From Azolla caroliniana (Eukaryota; Plantae; Polypodiophyta), in assembly GCA_043228905.1 (NCBI GenBank), contig JBHGNT010000001.1:10664001-10728000 (forward strand): a stretch of DNA of 64,000 nucleotides, read 5' to 3'. Positions within the stretch are counted from its first letter, which is position 1; each line of letters opens with the position of its first letter. Under the pieces are notes generated by a model. That model was not told the origin of the DNA. It did no database searches and saw only the letters and a list, made by a program, of their open reading frames with translations. Shown in pieces: positions 22,993 through 34,448 of the stretch. Both the position numbers and the translations under genes were made by a program.

Positions 22993-25900
22993 AGAGGGCT
23001 GGCAAGGCGTGGGGCCGAGACAGTCCGGACACTTGGGAAAGACCCCACAACTGTACGATAGAACAGAAACCGAAGAAACCTTGTACGATAGATAGAAAAT
23101 TCTGCTTCTCCGGCAACGGAGGGTGCATGATAATCGGCATCGTTGGGTGAGAAAAGGCAAGGGCGGAAGTGCGACTTCGAGCGTGCGGAGTTCTCGGACC
23201 GGACGAGGAAATCAGCGGAGCCGTTGAGACGGTCTCCTTCGACGACACCTTGGGGATGCTGAGGAAGGTTGCCAGAGAAGACCTTAACGAAGACCGGACG
23301 ATACCTGTATATTCCGAAGAGATGTACGAAGTCATCGCGAACTTCAGTCGGGGGCTCGGGTCGGCTCAAACGGCCTGAGTTAGCACAAAGTACAAGGCTG
23401 TGGATCGGAAGGTAAGGCCAGTCGCGGCACCCTTACCGGAGGGCAGCGAGTCCCGGATCAGAGGGGTTGCGTCGGACCCCAGTTTACGAGATCCGGCCTG
23501 CATAGGACACAGCTTCACCGACAGGACGCTCCGGGAGCTCAAAATCGGTGGGGGCGGGTTCCTACTGCCGGCGGAGGAAGACCGGTTTCAGAGGATGCTC
23601 GGAAGGCATGGGAAAGCCTTCGCATTCTCACCGGAAGAGATCGGGTGCGTAGACCCGACGATCGTGGAGCCGATGGTGATATTCACGGTACCGCATGTGC
23701 CGTGGAATCTCAAGCCGATCCCGGTACCGAGAGCTCACATCCCGAAGTTGATGGAGCTATTGAGGCAGAAAGTAGATATGGGCATTCTCGAACCGTCGAG
23801 TGCCCCATACTCGAACCGATGGTTTACCGTACCAAAGAAAAACGGAACGATGCGCTTCATTCAAGACCTGCAGCCGGTCAACAGAGTGACCATTCGGAAC
23901 GCAGGAATAGGACCGACCATAGACGAGTTCGCGGAGGCCTTCGCCGGAAGGTAGATTTACTCGGTCGGTGATCTGTACTCGGGGTACGACCAGTTCCAGC
24001 TAGCCGTGGAGAGCAGAGATATTACGACGATACGAACTACCCTCGGCCTAGTGCGAATGTGTACCCTGCCACAAGGAGGGACCAACTCGGTGGCCCACAT
24101 GGTGAATGCAATGAACAAGGTACTGAGGGATTGCATCCCGGACATCAGTGCCCAGTGGAGGAGAAGGACGAGACAGTCGGGCCGGACGGATGGCGGCGAT
24201 TCGTGGCGACACACATCGACGACTGCGAGAAGGTGCTACAGAGGCTAGAGGATGCGAGGCTCACCTTCTCCGGGGAGAAATCGGCCTTCGGGCAATCGGA
24301 AATCCTGGTGGTCGGACACCTATGTGGACCATATGGCCGGAAGCCGTCTCCGGCAAAGGTAGAAGCCATCTCCGTGATGAAGACCGACTGTAGCTCGGTT
24401 ACGGAAGTTCGGAGGTTCCTGGGGGCATGCGCATTCTACCACATATGGATCCCGCATTACGCCCACGTTGCGGAGCCGCTATACGGGTTGTTGAAGAAAG
24501 GGCGAAAATTCGTGTGGCGAGACGAGCACACGGAGTCGGTCCGGAAGCTGAAGGAAGCTCTTGCGGCAGCACCGGCGCTCCAGAAGGCTGTCTACGGGAA
24601 GGGTGCCCCGGTATACATAACAATGGATACGAGTCCGACCGGGATCGGATGGGTCGTCAACCAAAAGGACAAGAACGGCATTCGGTTCCCAATCCGATTC
24701 GGCGCGAAGGTCCTCAGTGAACGACAACGAGGGTACGCCCAGGTTAAACGCGAACTCTGGGGTATCGTTTCGGCAGTAAAGGCCGACAAAGATTACCTGA
24801 TCGGGACGGAAGTGGTTATCGAGACGGATTGCCTGCCGATTCTCGGCATGGTTTCCGGATGCGCGACGTCGAACCTGGCGATGCTCAGGTGGATAGCGTA
24901 CATCAAGTCCCTGGACCCGGAAATACGACACATTTCCGGAAAAGACAACACCATGGCCGACATGCTTTCAAGGGCGAGGTTTGATGACGAGGGCGGCATG
25001 ATTTCGGAGGACGAAGAAGTCGGCGTGGACTTCTTCGAGGCGGCGTACGTGACGACCGACGGGGCGAGCACTCCGGCACTTAACGGCTTCGACGAGAGCA
25101 ACTACGACGGCGAGTGGCTACAGATCGGTGGATTTTTGAGGACTATGACGCCGGATGCGTCATGGACGAAGGACGAGGCCAACCGGATCCGGAAGAAAGC
25201 ATATCGATTCTTTCTCCAGGACGGATACTTATGGAAGCACCCGAAGAAGAGGAACGGCGTCCTGCTCCGGGTGGTGGCGATGAAGGAAGAACAGGAAGAG
25301 CTGCTGACGGCCTACCACGACAGCCCTTGGGCTGGACACCGTGGAACGTGGGCCACGTTCGAGAAGATAAAGGGGAAGTACTGGTGGCCGGGACTGTACC
25401 GGGACGTGCATCGGTTCGTGACAACTTGCGAGAGCTGTCAGATGCACTCCATAGTCCGACATCGGGACGAGCTTCACCCTACGTACCCTCCGACCATCCA
25501 CTTCAAATGGATGGTAGATCTGGTGACGATGCCGATGGGAGTAGGACAGATGCCGTATCTGGTCCTGGCTCAGGAAGATCTGACGAACCGCGGTCGTATG
25601 TCGGTTCCTGATCGAGGACGTGATATGCCGGTACGGGTGTGTCGGGAAGATCGTGGCCGATCGCGGGGAGCTGGACGCCGAAGAGGCCGAGGAGGTGTTC
25701 GACCGGCTAGGAGTCAAGCTCTCGCTTACCACTGCGTACAATCCGGAGGCGAATGGAAAGGTAGAGCGCGGACACGGACCGATCGTCAGGGCGTTAGTTC
25801 GGGCATGCGGAGGTCAAGTTCGGTAACCGGATTCATGCCGGCAGAGCTGATGTTTGGGCAGAAGCCGATCATGCCGATGGAACGCACGATCTCCTCTTGG

Positions 25901-26359
25901 GCAACCATGGACTGGGGAGACGAGATGAGCCGGGAGGAACTATTGGCGGCGCACATACGACAGCTCGAGCGAAGACCGGAGGACGTGGAGCAGGCCGCGG
26001 GAAAGCTTCGAGTGGCAAGGACGAGGAACAAAGCCCGGTTCGACCGAACGCACCGGCTCCGACCGAAGAGGATCGAGGAAGGCGACTGGGTGCTAGTCTA
26101 CGACAGCAGCCTCGACAACCAGCACCGAGCGACACGGAAGTTCGCAAGAAGGTGGTTCGGGCCTTACGTGGTACAACGCGCCAACGACAACGGAACGTAC
26201 CATCTGGCGGAACTCGACGGCACAAGAATAGCGATACCGGTAGCTGGGAAGCGGATCAAAGCGTTCAAGAAGCGTCACGACAACGAGCCGGATCCGGTTA
26301 ACCTGGACCGGGACGACGAACGATCCGAAACCGAGGAAGAACCGACGGGCGGGGAATGA
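22983..26359 (+). pseudogene. pol: E4 pol with stops and short internal deletions
   Basis: Stops at about 23148, 23376 and 23952. Deletions near 24148 (removing FLDD), 25590 and 25818. Confidence 0.9.
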
Positions 26360-27454
26360 AGGCTGGACCGGTTTTCTCCGTCCCAACACAATTTGGCACG
26401 TGCCGGTGAATGCGCGGTTAGGTGGGGGCGGATGTCGTGAAGAAAACCGTCCACGAGCGGAATCCGTGCACCGAAGCGTAGAAACCGACTCTTCATGCAC
26501 GTGCACCTTAAGTTGTACATAGGAGATCCTAGGTAGATTTGGTAGGTAGGGAGTAAAGGGGAAACGGCTCCTTCCTTGCCTATAAAAGGAGGGAGGCGAG
26601 GAGGGTAGAGGGATCGCGGGGAGTCGAGGACGAAGTGCTGTCGGTTTGCGTGCGAAGGCTTCTCTCTCTCTCTCTCTCTCTCTGGTTCGCAAACTCCATA
26701 GCTTCCTTCTGTGCAGGTTTCGGGAGGCTCGTGTTGCTCTGAGGAATGCCCGAGTGCTTCCGGCAGCACCTCCAGCCTGCTTCTGCCTTTCTGTGCGTTT
26801 ACGAACAGGTATCGACATCTGTTCGCCGGCCTGTTTGGTTGTAACCGACTCTGTGTTGTGTTGTTTGTTGTTTGTTAATACATACATACGTTTGTGTCTT
26901 CCTGTGTCGCTGTCCCACTCGCGTCCTTGCGTCGAAGGGCCGTGTCCCTGTGAATCTACTCTCGCACGTAGTGGGCATCTTCTCCTTTCTCTCTTGCTCT
27001 TTTGTGTAGGAACCCCGAGGTCCCGCCTCATTCCACGTATCCGCGAGGAAAACCTCGACACCGGTTCAACCGGACGCACCGGTTGCGACCAAAGAAGATC
27101 GAGGAAGGCGACTTGGTCTTGGTATACGACAGCAACCTCGACAATCAGCACAAGGCGGTGCGAAAGTTCGCTAGGAGATGGTTCGGGCCCTACACGGTGA
27201 GGAGCGCGAACGACAACGGCATGTACCACCTCAAGGAACTCGACGGTACATTGTTAGTGGTGCCGGTGGCCAGGAAGCGGATCAAAGAGTTCAAGAAGCG
27301 GTTCGAAGATGAGCCGGAGCCGGTGAGCGAGAGTAACGATGACGATCAGTTCGGGTTCGGCGGAGAATCGGAGACCGATGAGTGAAGCCGGTTTTCTTCG
27401 GTGTCTACCCGTCTTTGTCGCATGCCGGTGGATGCACAGTTTGGTGGGGGTGGA

Positions 27455-28062
27455 TGTCGTGAAGAAAACCGGCCATAGGCGGAATCGAAGGAAAAGGCGC
27501 ATGAGCAGGCTCTTACACAGGTGGATGCGAGGATTGATATATTGTACATAATTCGTAATTAAGGCAACTGGTGTAAATACTAGGTAGTGCACATTTATTA
27601 GGGGATTTTGTGCGTATCTCTGTCGACAGGAACAGGGAATAAAGCAATTTGGCTAAGCAAAAGGGGGCACCCCTTTTGGGGAACTATTTAAGGAGGGAGA
27701 GGAAAAAGGAAGAGGGGATCGCGCGCTAGGAAGGACGAGGTGTTGTTGCTGATCTGAGTGCCGAGCTCTCTCTTCTCCTCCGGTCGTCGGTCTTTGTGGG
27801 TCGGGAGTTCGTTGCCTCTGCTTCGTGGACAGCCCGTGCGCTTCCAGTAGAGGCTCTCCCTCCCTTTGTTTTGTTTTTGGGAGTCGAGCGAGTGTTGTCT
27901 GTGTGCATGAGTAGGATCCCCGTGTCGGGTCCATCGCCGCCTTGTGGGTTGTAACCATCAGAGTTGTATTCTCTTGTTATTGTATTCTCTTGTCATTGTA
28001 ATCTCTTGTTATTGAAATCAAGTGTTACGTTCTATATCTCTCCTTCTCGCTCCGCGTATCTA

Positions 28063-28102
<40 letters not shown>

Positions 28103-28172
28103 TCTCTCGCTCCTCGGTTCAAGACCCCCGTGGTCCCGCCCCTTTTACACGCATGCGCGTAACAACGCGACA
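27455..28172 (+). repeat. E2 3' LTR (distinct LTR subfamily) with a (CT)n tract at about 28067-28108
   Basis: Starts TGTCGTGAAGAAAACC after the PPT, carries the conserved GACCCCCGTGGTCCCGCC box, and ends CGCGACA. Confidence 0.92.
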
Positions 28173-31100
28173 TATAGACAATGTCTTAGAATTGTGAGGT
28201 ACATGTAAAAATACCTTCTGTCCAGGGTTGAATACACGAGGTTGCCTATGATGATTGGCATAAAAACGGGCTCTATCTTGTTCCCATTTTGTTGGTTTTG
28301 CACCAACATATGCTCGAAGCATGTCCTCAATAATTTGATTTACTCGTTCTGCTTGTCCATCGGATTGAGGATGATTTGTGGAGCTCATGCTCAACGTAGT
28401 TTCTAACTTCTTAAAGACTTGCGTCCAGAAGTCACTAGTAAATTTTGGATCTCGATCACTCACGATATCCATCGGTAACCAATAAAAACGAAATAACTCA
28501 TCAACGAATTGGTAAGCCAATTCAGGAGCTGTTACCGTGGTTTTAGTAGCAATAAATATGGCCATTTTAGTTAGTCGATCAACCACAACCCAGATGGCAT
28601 CATGGCCTTTTTGGGTGCGAGGAAGGCTAATAATAAAATCCATGGATATACTTTCCCACTTATTATTGGGAATGTCCAAGGGATGTAAAAGTCGTACGGC
28701 TTTAAGTCGCTCGGCTTTGTTAACCTCACATTGGTGACATTTAGTCAAATAACTATGTATGTCAGGGCGCATCTTAGGCCAATAGAATTGAGTGGAGATG
28801 AGAACAAGTGTACGATGTATTCCAGGGTGCCCTGCTGAGGGTGCATCATGGCATTAAAAAAGAATTCTCTTTTTTACCTCAGGCAAATTTGGAACACAAA
28901 CCTTCCCATTACGGTAGAGCACATCGTTAGTAATGTGGAAGTATTCCTTCGAGGATGTGGTAGTGTCTGTTCCTGACTCAACTCTTGCCCAGTATTTTGC
29001 GAAATAACTATCATTAGGATACTTTCCTCGAAGGTGATCATAAAGATCTGATGATATTTTAGTGAAGCTAAGCATGTTAACTTCACGGATGCGACTTAGT
29101 GCATCAACGACAGTGTTCATGGAACCTTTACGATATCATATGGAAAAATCAAAGTCCTGGATGAGATCAGCCCATCGTGCCTTACGACCTTTTAGGTCTT
29201 GTTGGTCACAAAAATATTTCAAGGACTCGTGGTTCGTAGTTACCACAAAGCAATTTCCATAAAGATAATGGCGCCATGTTTTGAGCGCATGTATAACTGC
29301 AAATAATTCCTTTTCTTGAACGGTATACTGACATTGAGTAGAATCAAGTTTCTTACTCTCGAATGTTATTGGTTTACCATCTTGATATAAGACAGCACCT
29401 ATAGCATAATCGCTTGCATCGGTTTCAACCTCAAAAGGTTTTGAAGGATCGGGTAAAAGAAGTGAAGGAGCTTTGCATACCAGGCAGGTCCTTGAGTTCC
29501 TTAAAGGCGAGGTCTAGTGTAGCATTCCACACAATAGGTTTTGTAGACTTATGCGTTTGACCTTTTAGAAGATCAGTAAACGGCGTCGTCAATTGGGAGT
29601 AATTACAAAGGGATTTTCGCAAAAACCCGACAAAACCAAGGAATGATCGAACTTCTCGAATGTTCCGAAGAGTGGGGCAAAGTTTGATTTTCTCGATGCG
29701 AGAAGGATCAATTTCAACTCCACGTTCGGTTATGAGATGTCCAAGATAAGTAATTGATTTCTTGAAGAACTCACATTTTGAGATCTTCGCGTAAAACTGT
29801 TTGTCATGCAATGTTTGTAAAACAAAGTGGACATGTTTAGCATGCTCTTGTAATGTACGGCTATAAACTAAAATATCATCCAAGAAAATAACGACAAATT
29901 TTCCAAGTTGTTCTCGGAAAATGTCATTCATTTCTTGTTGAAATGTAGCCGGAGCATTGGTCAAACCAAAAGGCATAACCAAAAACTCGTAATGGCCATA
30001 GCGCGTACGAAATGCCGTTTTAGGAACATCGTCCTCACTTATACGTATTTGATGGTAGCCAGTACGGAGATCAAGTTTCGTAAAATACCGAGCTCCCTGG
30101 AGACGATCAATTAGATCGTCAGCCCGAGGCAAGGGATACGAATTCTTGATCGTCACTTTATTCAAGCGTCGGTAATTAATACACATACGCCATGTGCCCT
30201 CTTTCTTTTTAACCAAGAGAACTGGTGCGCCCCATGGAGATTTACTATAACGTATATAACCCATTCGTAAATAGTCCTTGAGTTGCTTAGATACCTCATC
30301 CTCTTTGGATCGACTTAAGCGATAAGGAGGTATACTTATTGGTGCAATACCAGGTACAATATCTATACAATGGTCTATATTACGTTTAGGAGGTAAGCCA
30401 TCTGGTAGTTCACTCGGAAAAACATCACGAAAATCATTTAAGATTTCGTCAAGTTGTTGTTGTTCAAAATATGTTAATTGAACCGAGACATTATCGATAT
30501 TGTAAACGTGAATGTCCGGATCAAGCACACAATAAAATAGAGTAGAACAAGACAACTCAGATATTGATGGACACGAGGAAACAATCGAGAGGGATTGTTT
30601 TTTTACACATTGAATAAAATGAGTACAATCGTTCAGTACAAATGTAATTGAATGATCAACCCAATCAATAGATAAAGAAGAGCTTTTATTATAAAACCAG
30701 GGATAACCCAGTATTACATCGGTGGTACAAAGATTCATTACATGGAAGTCTACTTCCTCTATATAAGTATCAATAGAAATTCCTAATGAATGAATCGCCC
30801 CGTTGATGTATTGTACTCTTCCATAAGCCAAGTGCACCGTGTAGGTGTGATAACTTACGATGGGTTGGATTCCCCATATCTGAACCAAACGATCATTCAC
30901 AAAATTGTGTGAGCTTCCCGAATCAAATAAAAATTGTACGGGAGATCCATTAATATACCCATTTGCATGTAGTAAATCATTGGGACCCAATACATAGTGA
31001 GGGAAAGAACATTGACAATTACTTAAATGATGTGTATAGACCTGAAGGACATTAGGAATCTGACCTTTATGGTCTGCAACTTTAGCTTTGTTGTCGTGCT

Positions 31101-32180
31101 CTTTCCGTTGGAGCTGTTGACATTGATATTTTGTATGACCCTTCGTGCGATCCATGAATTCGTTGGGTGTCTTGCGTTCCCAACGAATTGCGACTGCTTA
31201 GTCCTGGGTGCTTCGTTGGGTTTGTTGTGGTCCTTCTTTGAAGTGCGTTGATAGCAAGGAAATATTTCAACGGCCTCTTCAAAGTATTTTGGATCCTTAT
31301 CGTGCAAGCTATTAACCAGTTGTCCCCTTTTAGACCCGATTTTTGGATTTGGGTTCTAGCATGGTGGACATAATCTTCTAGTGAGGAAAGTTTCCGATTA
31401 GAGAGGTTCATTAAAGCTTGTGTTGCCTCGGTTCGAGAGGGAGGTTGCAGAAATTGGCCCTTGAAAACTGTGACAAAATCTGTCCAGGTATTGAGCAATT
31501 TCCCCAACGTACGGAGCCCACGCCACCAGGCGGCGGCCTTACCCCCTAGTTCTCGGCCGACATATGCAATCTTCGTACTATCTGGCGTGGGATAGAGCTC
31601 AAAATGAGACTCCCATCGGCCCAACCACGTGCAGATTGCTTCTTCGGTTCTTTCCTTTTTGTCTCCCGTAAATGGCTTAACGACAAACGATGGTTCACCT
31701 TGTCGTTCATCAAGTCTATTAGTCTCACGTTGTAGACTAATGACACGTGCCTCGAGAGCACTTTAAGATTGCCGAAGTTCGGTCATCTGTTGAGCGGTGA
31801 AACTAAGGTATTGGGTTAATTGCGAAAAATACATCTCAATGGACATTTGTCCAGGAGGATTCCCTTGAGTTCCTTCCGCTTGAGCGGAGGACATCGGGTC
31901 GTTATTTTATTTCCACCCAAGCCTCTCGAAAAGAAGTGGGGGGTCAAAGGGTCTTGATGTGGGTGTGACCCGTGGTTCCAATGTAGAGAGTGCCTTCGCC
32001 ATGGCTTCTAGGCGGTGTAGCTCACGTTCCCTTATTTTCAATATTGCTTCCACATCACGTCGAGTTGCTTTGAAACCCGACACCCGAGGACGTCTGGTTC
32101 TTCTCTGGTTTTCTGCCTCATCAATGGAAAGGCCGAGTGGTGCAAGTGTGTCGGCATTCGTTGTCTCCCCCTATTCCTAA
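28173..32180 (-). pseudogene. Degenerate chromovirus-type gag-pol
   Basis: Gag AAAWW motif; protease [11 protein letters not shown]; [42 protein letters not shown]; RNase H ETDAS; integrase WESISMDFI, SDRDPKF, HPQSDGQ. Confidence 0.92.
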
Positions 32181-33479
32181 AAAACTTCATTTGTTACATG
32201 TTTGTGATCATTAGCAACATTATTGTCAACATTAGAGAGATAGTCATAACATCATGTTGTGATGTAAACCTATCATGAGGAGGACATCGGGTTGTTATTT
32301 TGAGCCATTAAATGATTATTTCTGGAAAAGAAATAGGATAAGGTTAGCGAGATAGTCATAACATCATGTCGTGATGTAAACCTATCATGGGAGAGCATTA
32401 ATCGATATCATTATCTCACGTCAATACCCCTCTAGATGTATGAGATGAGGTTCAAGATCAGGTTACTATGGTAACACAAAGGTGTTTTAAAAACCATGGG
32501 GGTGACAAATAAATGTCTTTCCTTGATCTCTATATCGATTTTTTCATGGTGGCTCCCCGAGGCTCAACCATGTATGTTCACGTCATGAATAGTTTATACA
32601 CGAAAAAAATGTTAACAGTAAACTATGTTAATGGTTTCGACTCTTTAAGTCCTATTACGAGGACCCCAAAGTGTGCTTAGACCTCAAGTCTAAACATGTG
32701 TTATAGTCATATGTATCAACGATGTTGTATGATCTTGGTCATATTTGAACTCGAGACCTCGAGAACAAATGCATTAAACACTTGAGCCAACCAAGTAGGT
32801 TGCTCTTCTTGAATGTTTAATGTTTCATGCATATAAGAGATATGCGAGGCATTTGCCCATATATGTTTTTTTAAAAGAAACATATATGTCAAGAGTCCCT
32901 ATTTCGCCCTCATTTACTACAACTATGTTGGTACGTTACCTAACCTCAAGCCTCGTAATTATGATGGCATACGCCAAAATGCAACCTAATGGTGAAGCCA
33001 AATGAGCACTCTTTTCGTAGTAGGCCCACGTGGCCCATCACATGGTCACGTCAATAAGAATGCCTCTCGTAAGAATGATCTCATGGTGGCATCGTATCCA
33101 TGAAATGAGGGAGGGATGTTGGATACGTGTGTCATAAGAGTGACCTCACATGAAGTGGGTCAAACCGTACGTACTCAACATCATTATGGCTATTGGTGTT
33201 TCTTTACGTAATGAAATATCGAAGTCACCAACAGGGATTTCAACAATAAAAAATTGTTGAAAAAAAGAAGGATGGTGACAACACAATTCTCACAAGAATG
33301 TGAGGACGGCCACCAAGAACCTTTCCCCGAAAAGGAAAACATTCGATTTAAAATCACGTAAGAACGTATATACACATATGTATATTATCACATATATACG
33401 ATCAACTACATATACACGTGACCACATATGCCTATATTAAAGAAATCGTTATATTTAATAGCCAAAAATGACGTAATCG

Positions 33480-33750
33480 AGATACGTAATCGAGGCATAT
33501 ACCTCTACGCACACGAGACTTCCAAAAATAAGGCTTCAACGTAATACGCAATTGAGGTATTGACCTCTTACGCATACGAGACCAAACACATATCATTTAC
33601 AACAAAATCAAGGTGTTGACCTCATACGCAAACGTAACATATGTTCGTGAACGTAATACGTAATTGAGGTATTAACCTCGTACGCATACGACACTCATCA
33701 CATATTATTTATATGTCAAACAAGGTATTGACCTCGTGCACATATGTAAG
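33480..33750. repeat. Degenerate tandem array of about 55/112-bp units carrying a GAGGT(N4)ACCTC-like palindrome
   Basis: Five GAGG/AAGG...ACCTC..CGCA motifs. ACGTAATACG(C/T)AATTGAGGTATT occurs at 33539 and 33651. Confidence 0.7.
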
Positions 33751-33980
33751 CGTTTTAGATAACCAATTAAATACCACTACAACATCATTTAATTAATGAA
33801 AATAATCTACATATTAACCATACACATGATTAGATGGGAGAAGAAAAAATAGACATAAAAATATAAAGAAAGATTACCGAAGTTCCTTGTTGATCCTTGT
33901 CTGCATGAAGGCCAACCGCACAACGATCGATCGTCATCCATCGAGAAGATAAGACCAACAAAAGAAAGATTAGTACATAG

Positions 33981-33992
33981 GCTCGGATACCA
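33981..33992 (-). promoter_or_regulatory. PBS, initiator tRNA-Met type
   Basis: TGGTATCCGAGC has one mismatch to the canonical TGGTATCAGAGC. Confidence 0.7.
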
Positions 33993-33994
33993 AA

Positions 33995-34448
33995 TATTAG
34001 AGACATGTACCAAAGTAAGCATTAGATAAGGATAGATCTAGGTAGATAGAAAGAAAGGAGAGAGAGAAAGAAGGGTGTCGATCCACCCGACCACCCCCGA
34101 GCGAAGGGATCGAGACGGACTCGAGCCTCGATCGGCGTCCCATACCACCGTCATGGCGTCGAGTTGTACCTGGTGCTGGCGCGCTCGCTACAAGAGTTAA
34201 ACCACCACAAGACAGAGTCTCGACGTAGTCAACAAGATAATCAAATGAGGGTAGCTAGGCCTATTTATAACGATAACCAAGGCCCCCAACCATGTTCACA
34301 CTTGGCCTAATGGGTTGTCTCAATCCCGAGGATTTAAAAGTAATCCTCCCCTTCTCTACATTCTCGTTTAACCCTCACACTTATCCACGTGTATAGAATA
34401 CTACGGTAAATTCTCACCAAGGGATATTATATGGTCATGCCCGTAACA
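33995..34448 (-). repeat. Putative 5' LTR of the chromovirus-type element
   Basis: TG start, TATA box and adjacent PBS; the partner LTR is not in the window. Confidence 0.65.

Larger units (their letters stand above)
20194..27060 (+). mobile_element. E4: full-length Trp-family Gypsy; LTRs 20194-20822 and 26433-27060
   Basis: Paired LTRs, CCGG on both flanks, PBS, PPT, gag-PR and pol. Confidence 0.97.
8186..28172 (+). mobile_element. E2: older, degenerate Trp-family Gypsy hosting E0/E1, E3 and E4. Its own sequence is 8186-11469, 18518-20193 and 27061-28172; the 5' end lies left of the window.
   Basis: Reading frames rejoin across the insertions (GACA|FYHIW and NKTR|FNRTHRLR). Several stops and frameshifts. 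PPT variant and 3' LTR present. Confidence 0.92.
28173..34448 (-). mobile_element. AT-rich chromovirus-type Ty3/Gypsy: 5' LTR, iMet PBS, about 1.8-kb leader and gag-pol. The 3' part is displaced left of the window by E2.
   Basis: TGTTACGG at 34448 abuts an interrupted Copia RT. TATA-like TTATAAATAG at 34261-34270(-). PBS TGGTATCCGAGC. Continuity between the leader and gag is inferred. Confidence 0.7.

Noticed and set aside
33480-33750. CRISPR-like spaced palindromic repeats
   Set aside because: The repeats are degenerate, the spacers resemble each other, there are no cas genes, and the context is eukaryotic
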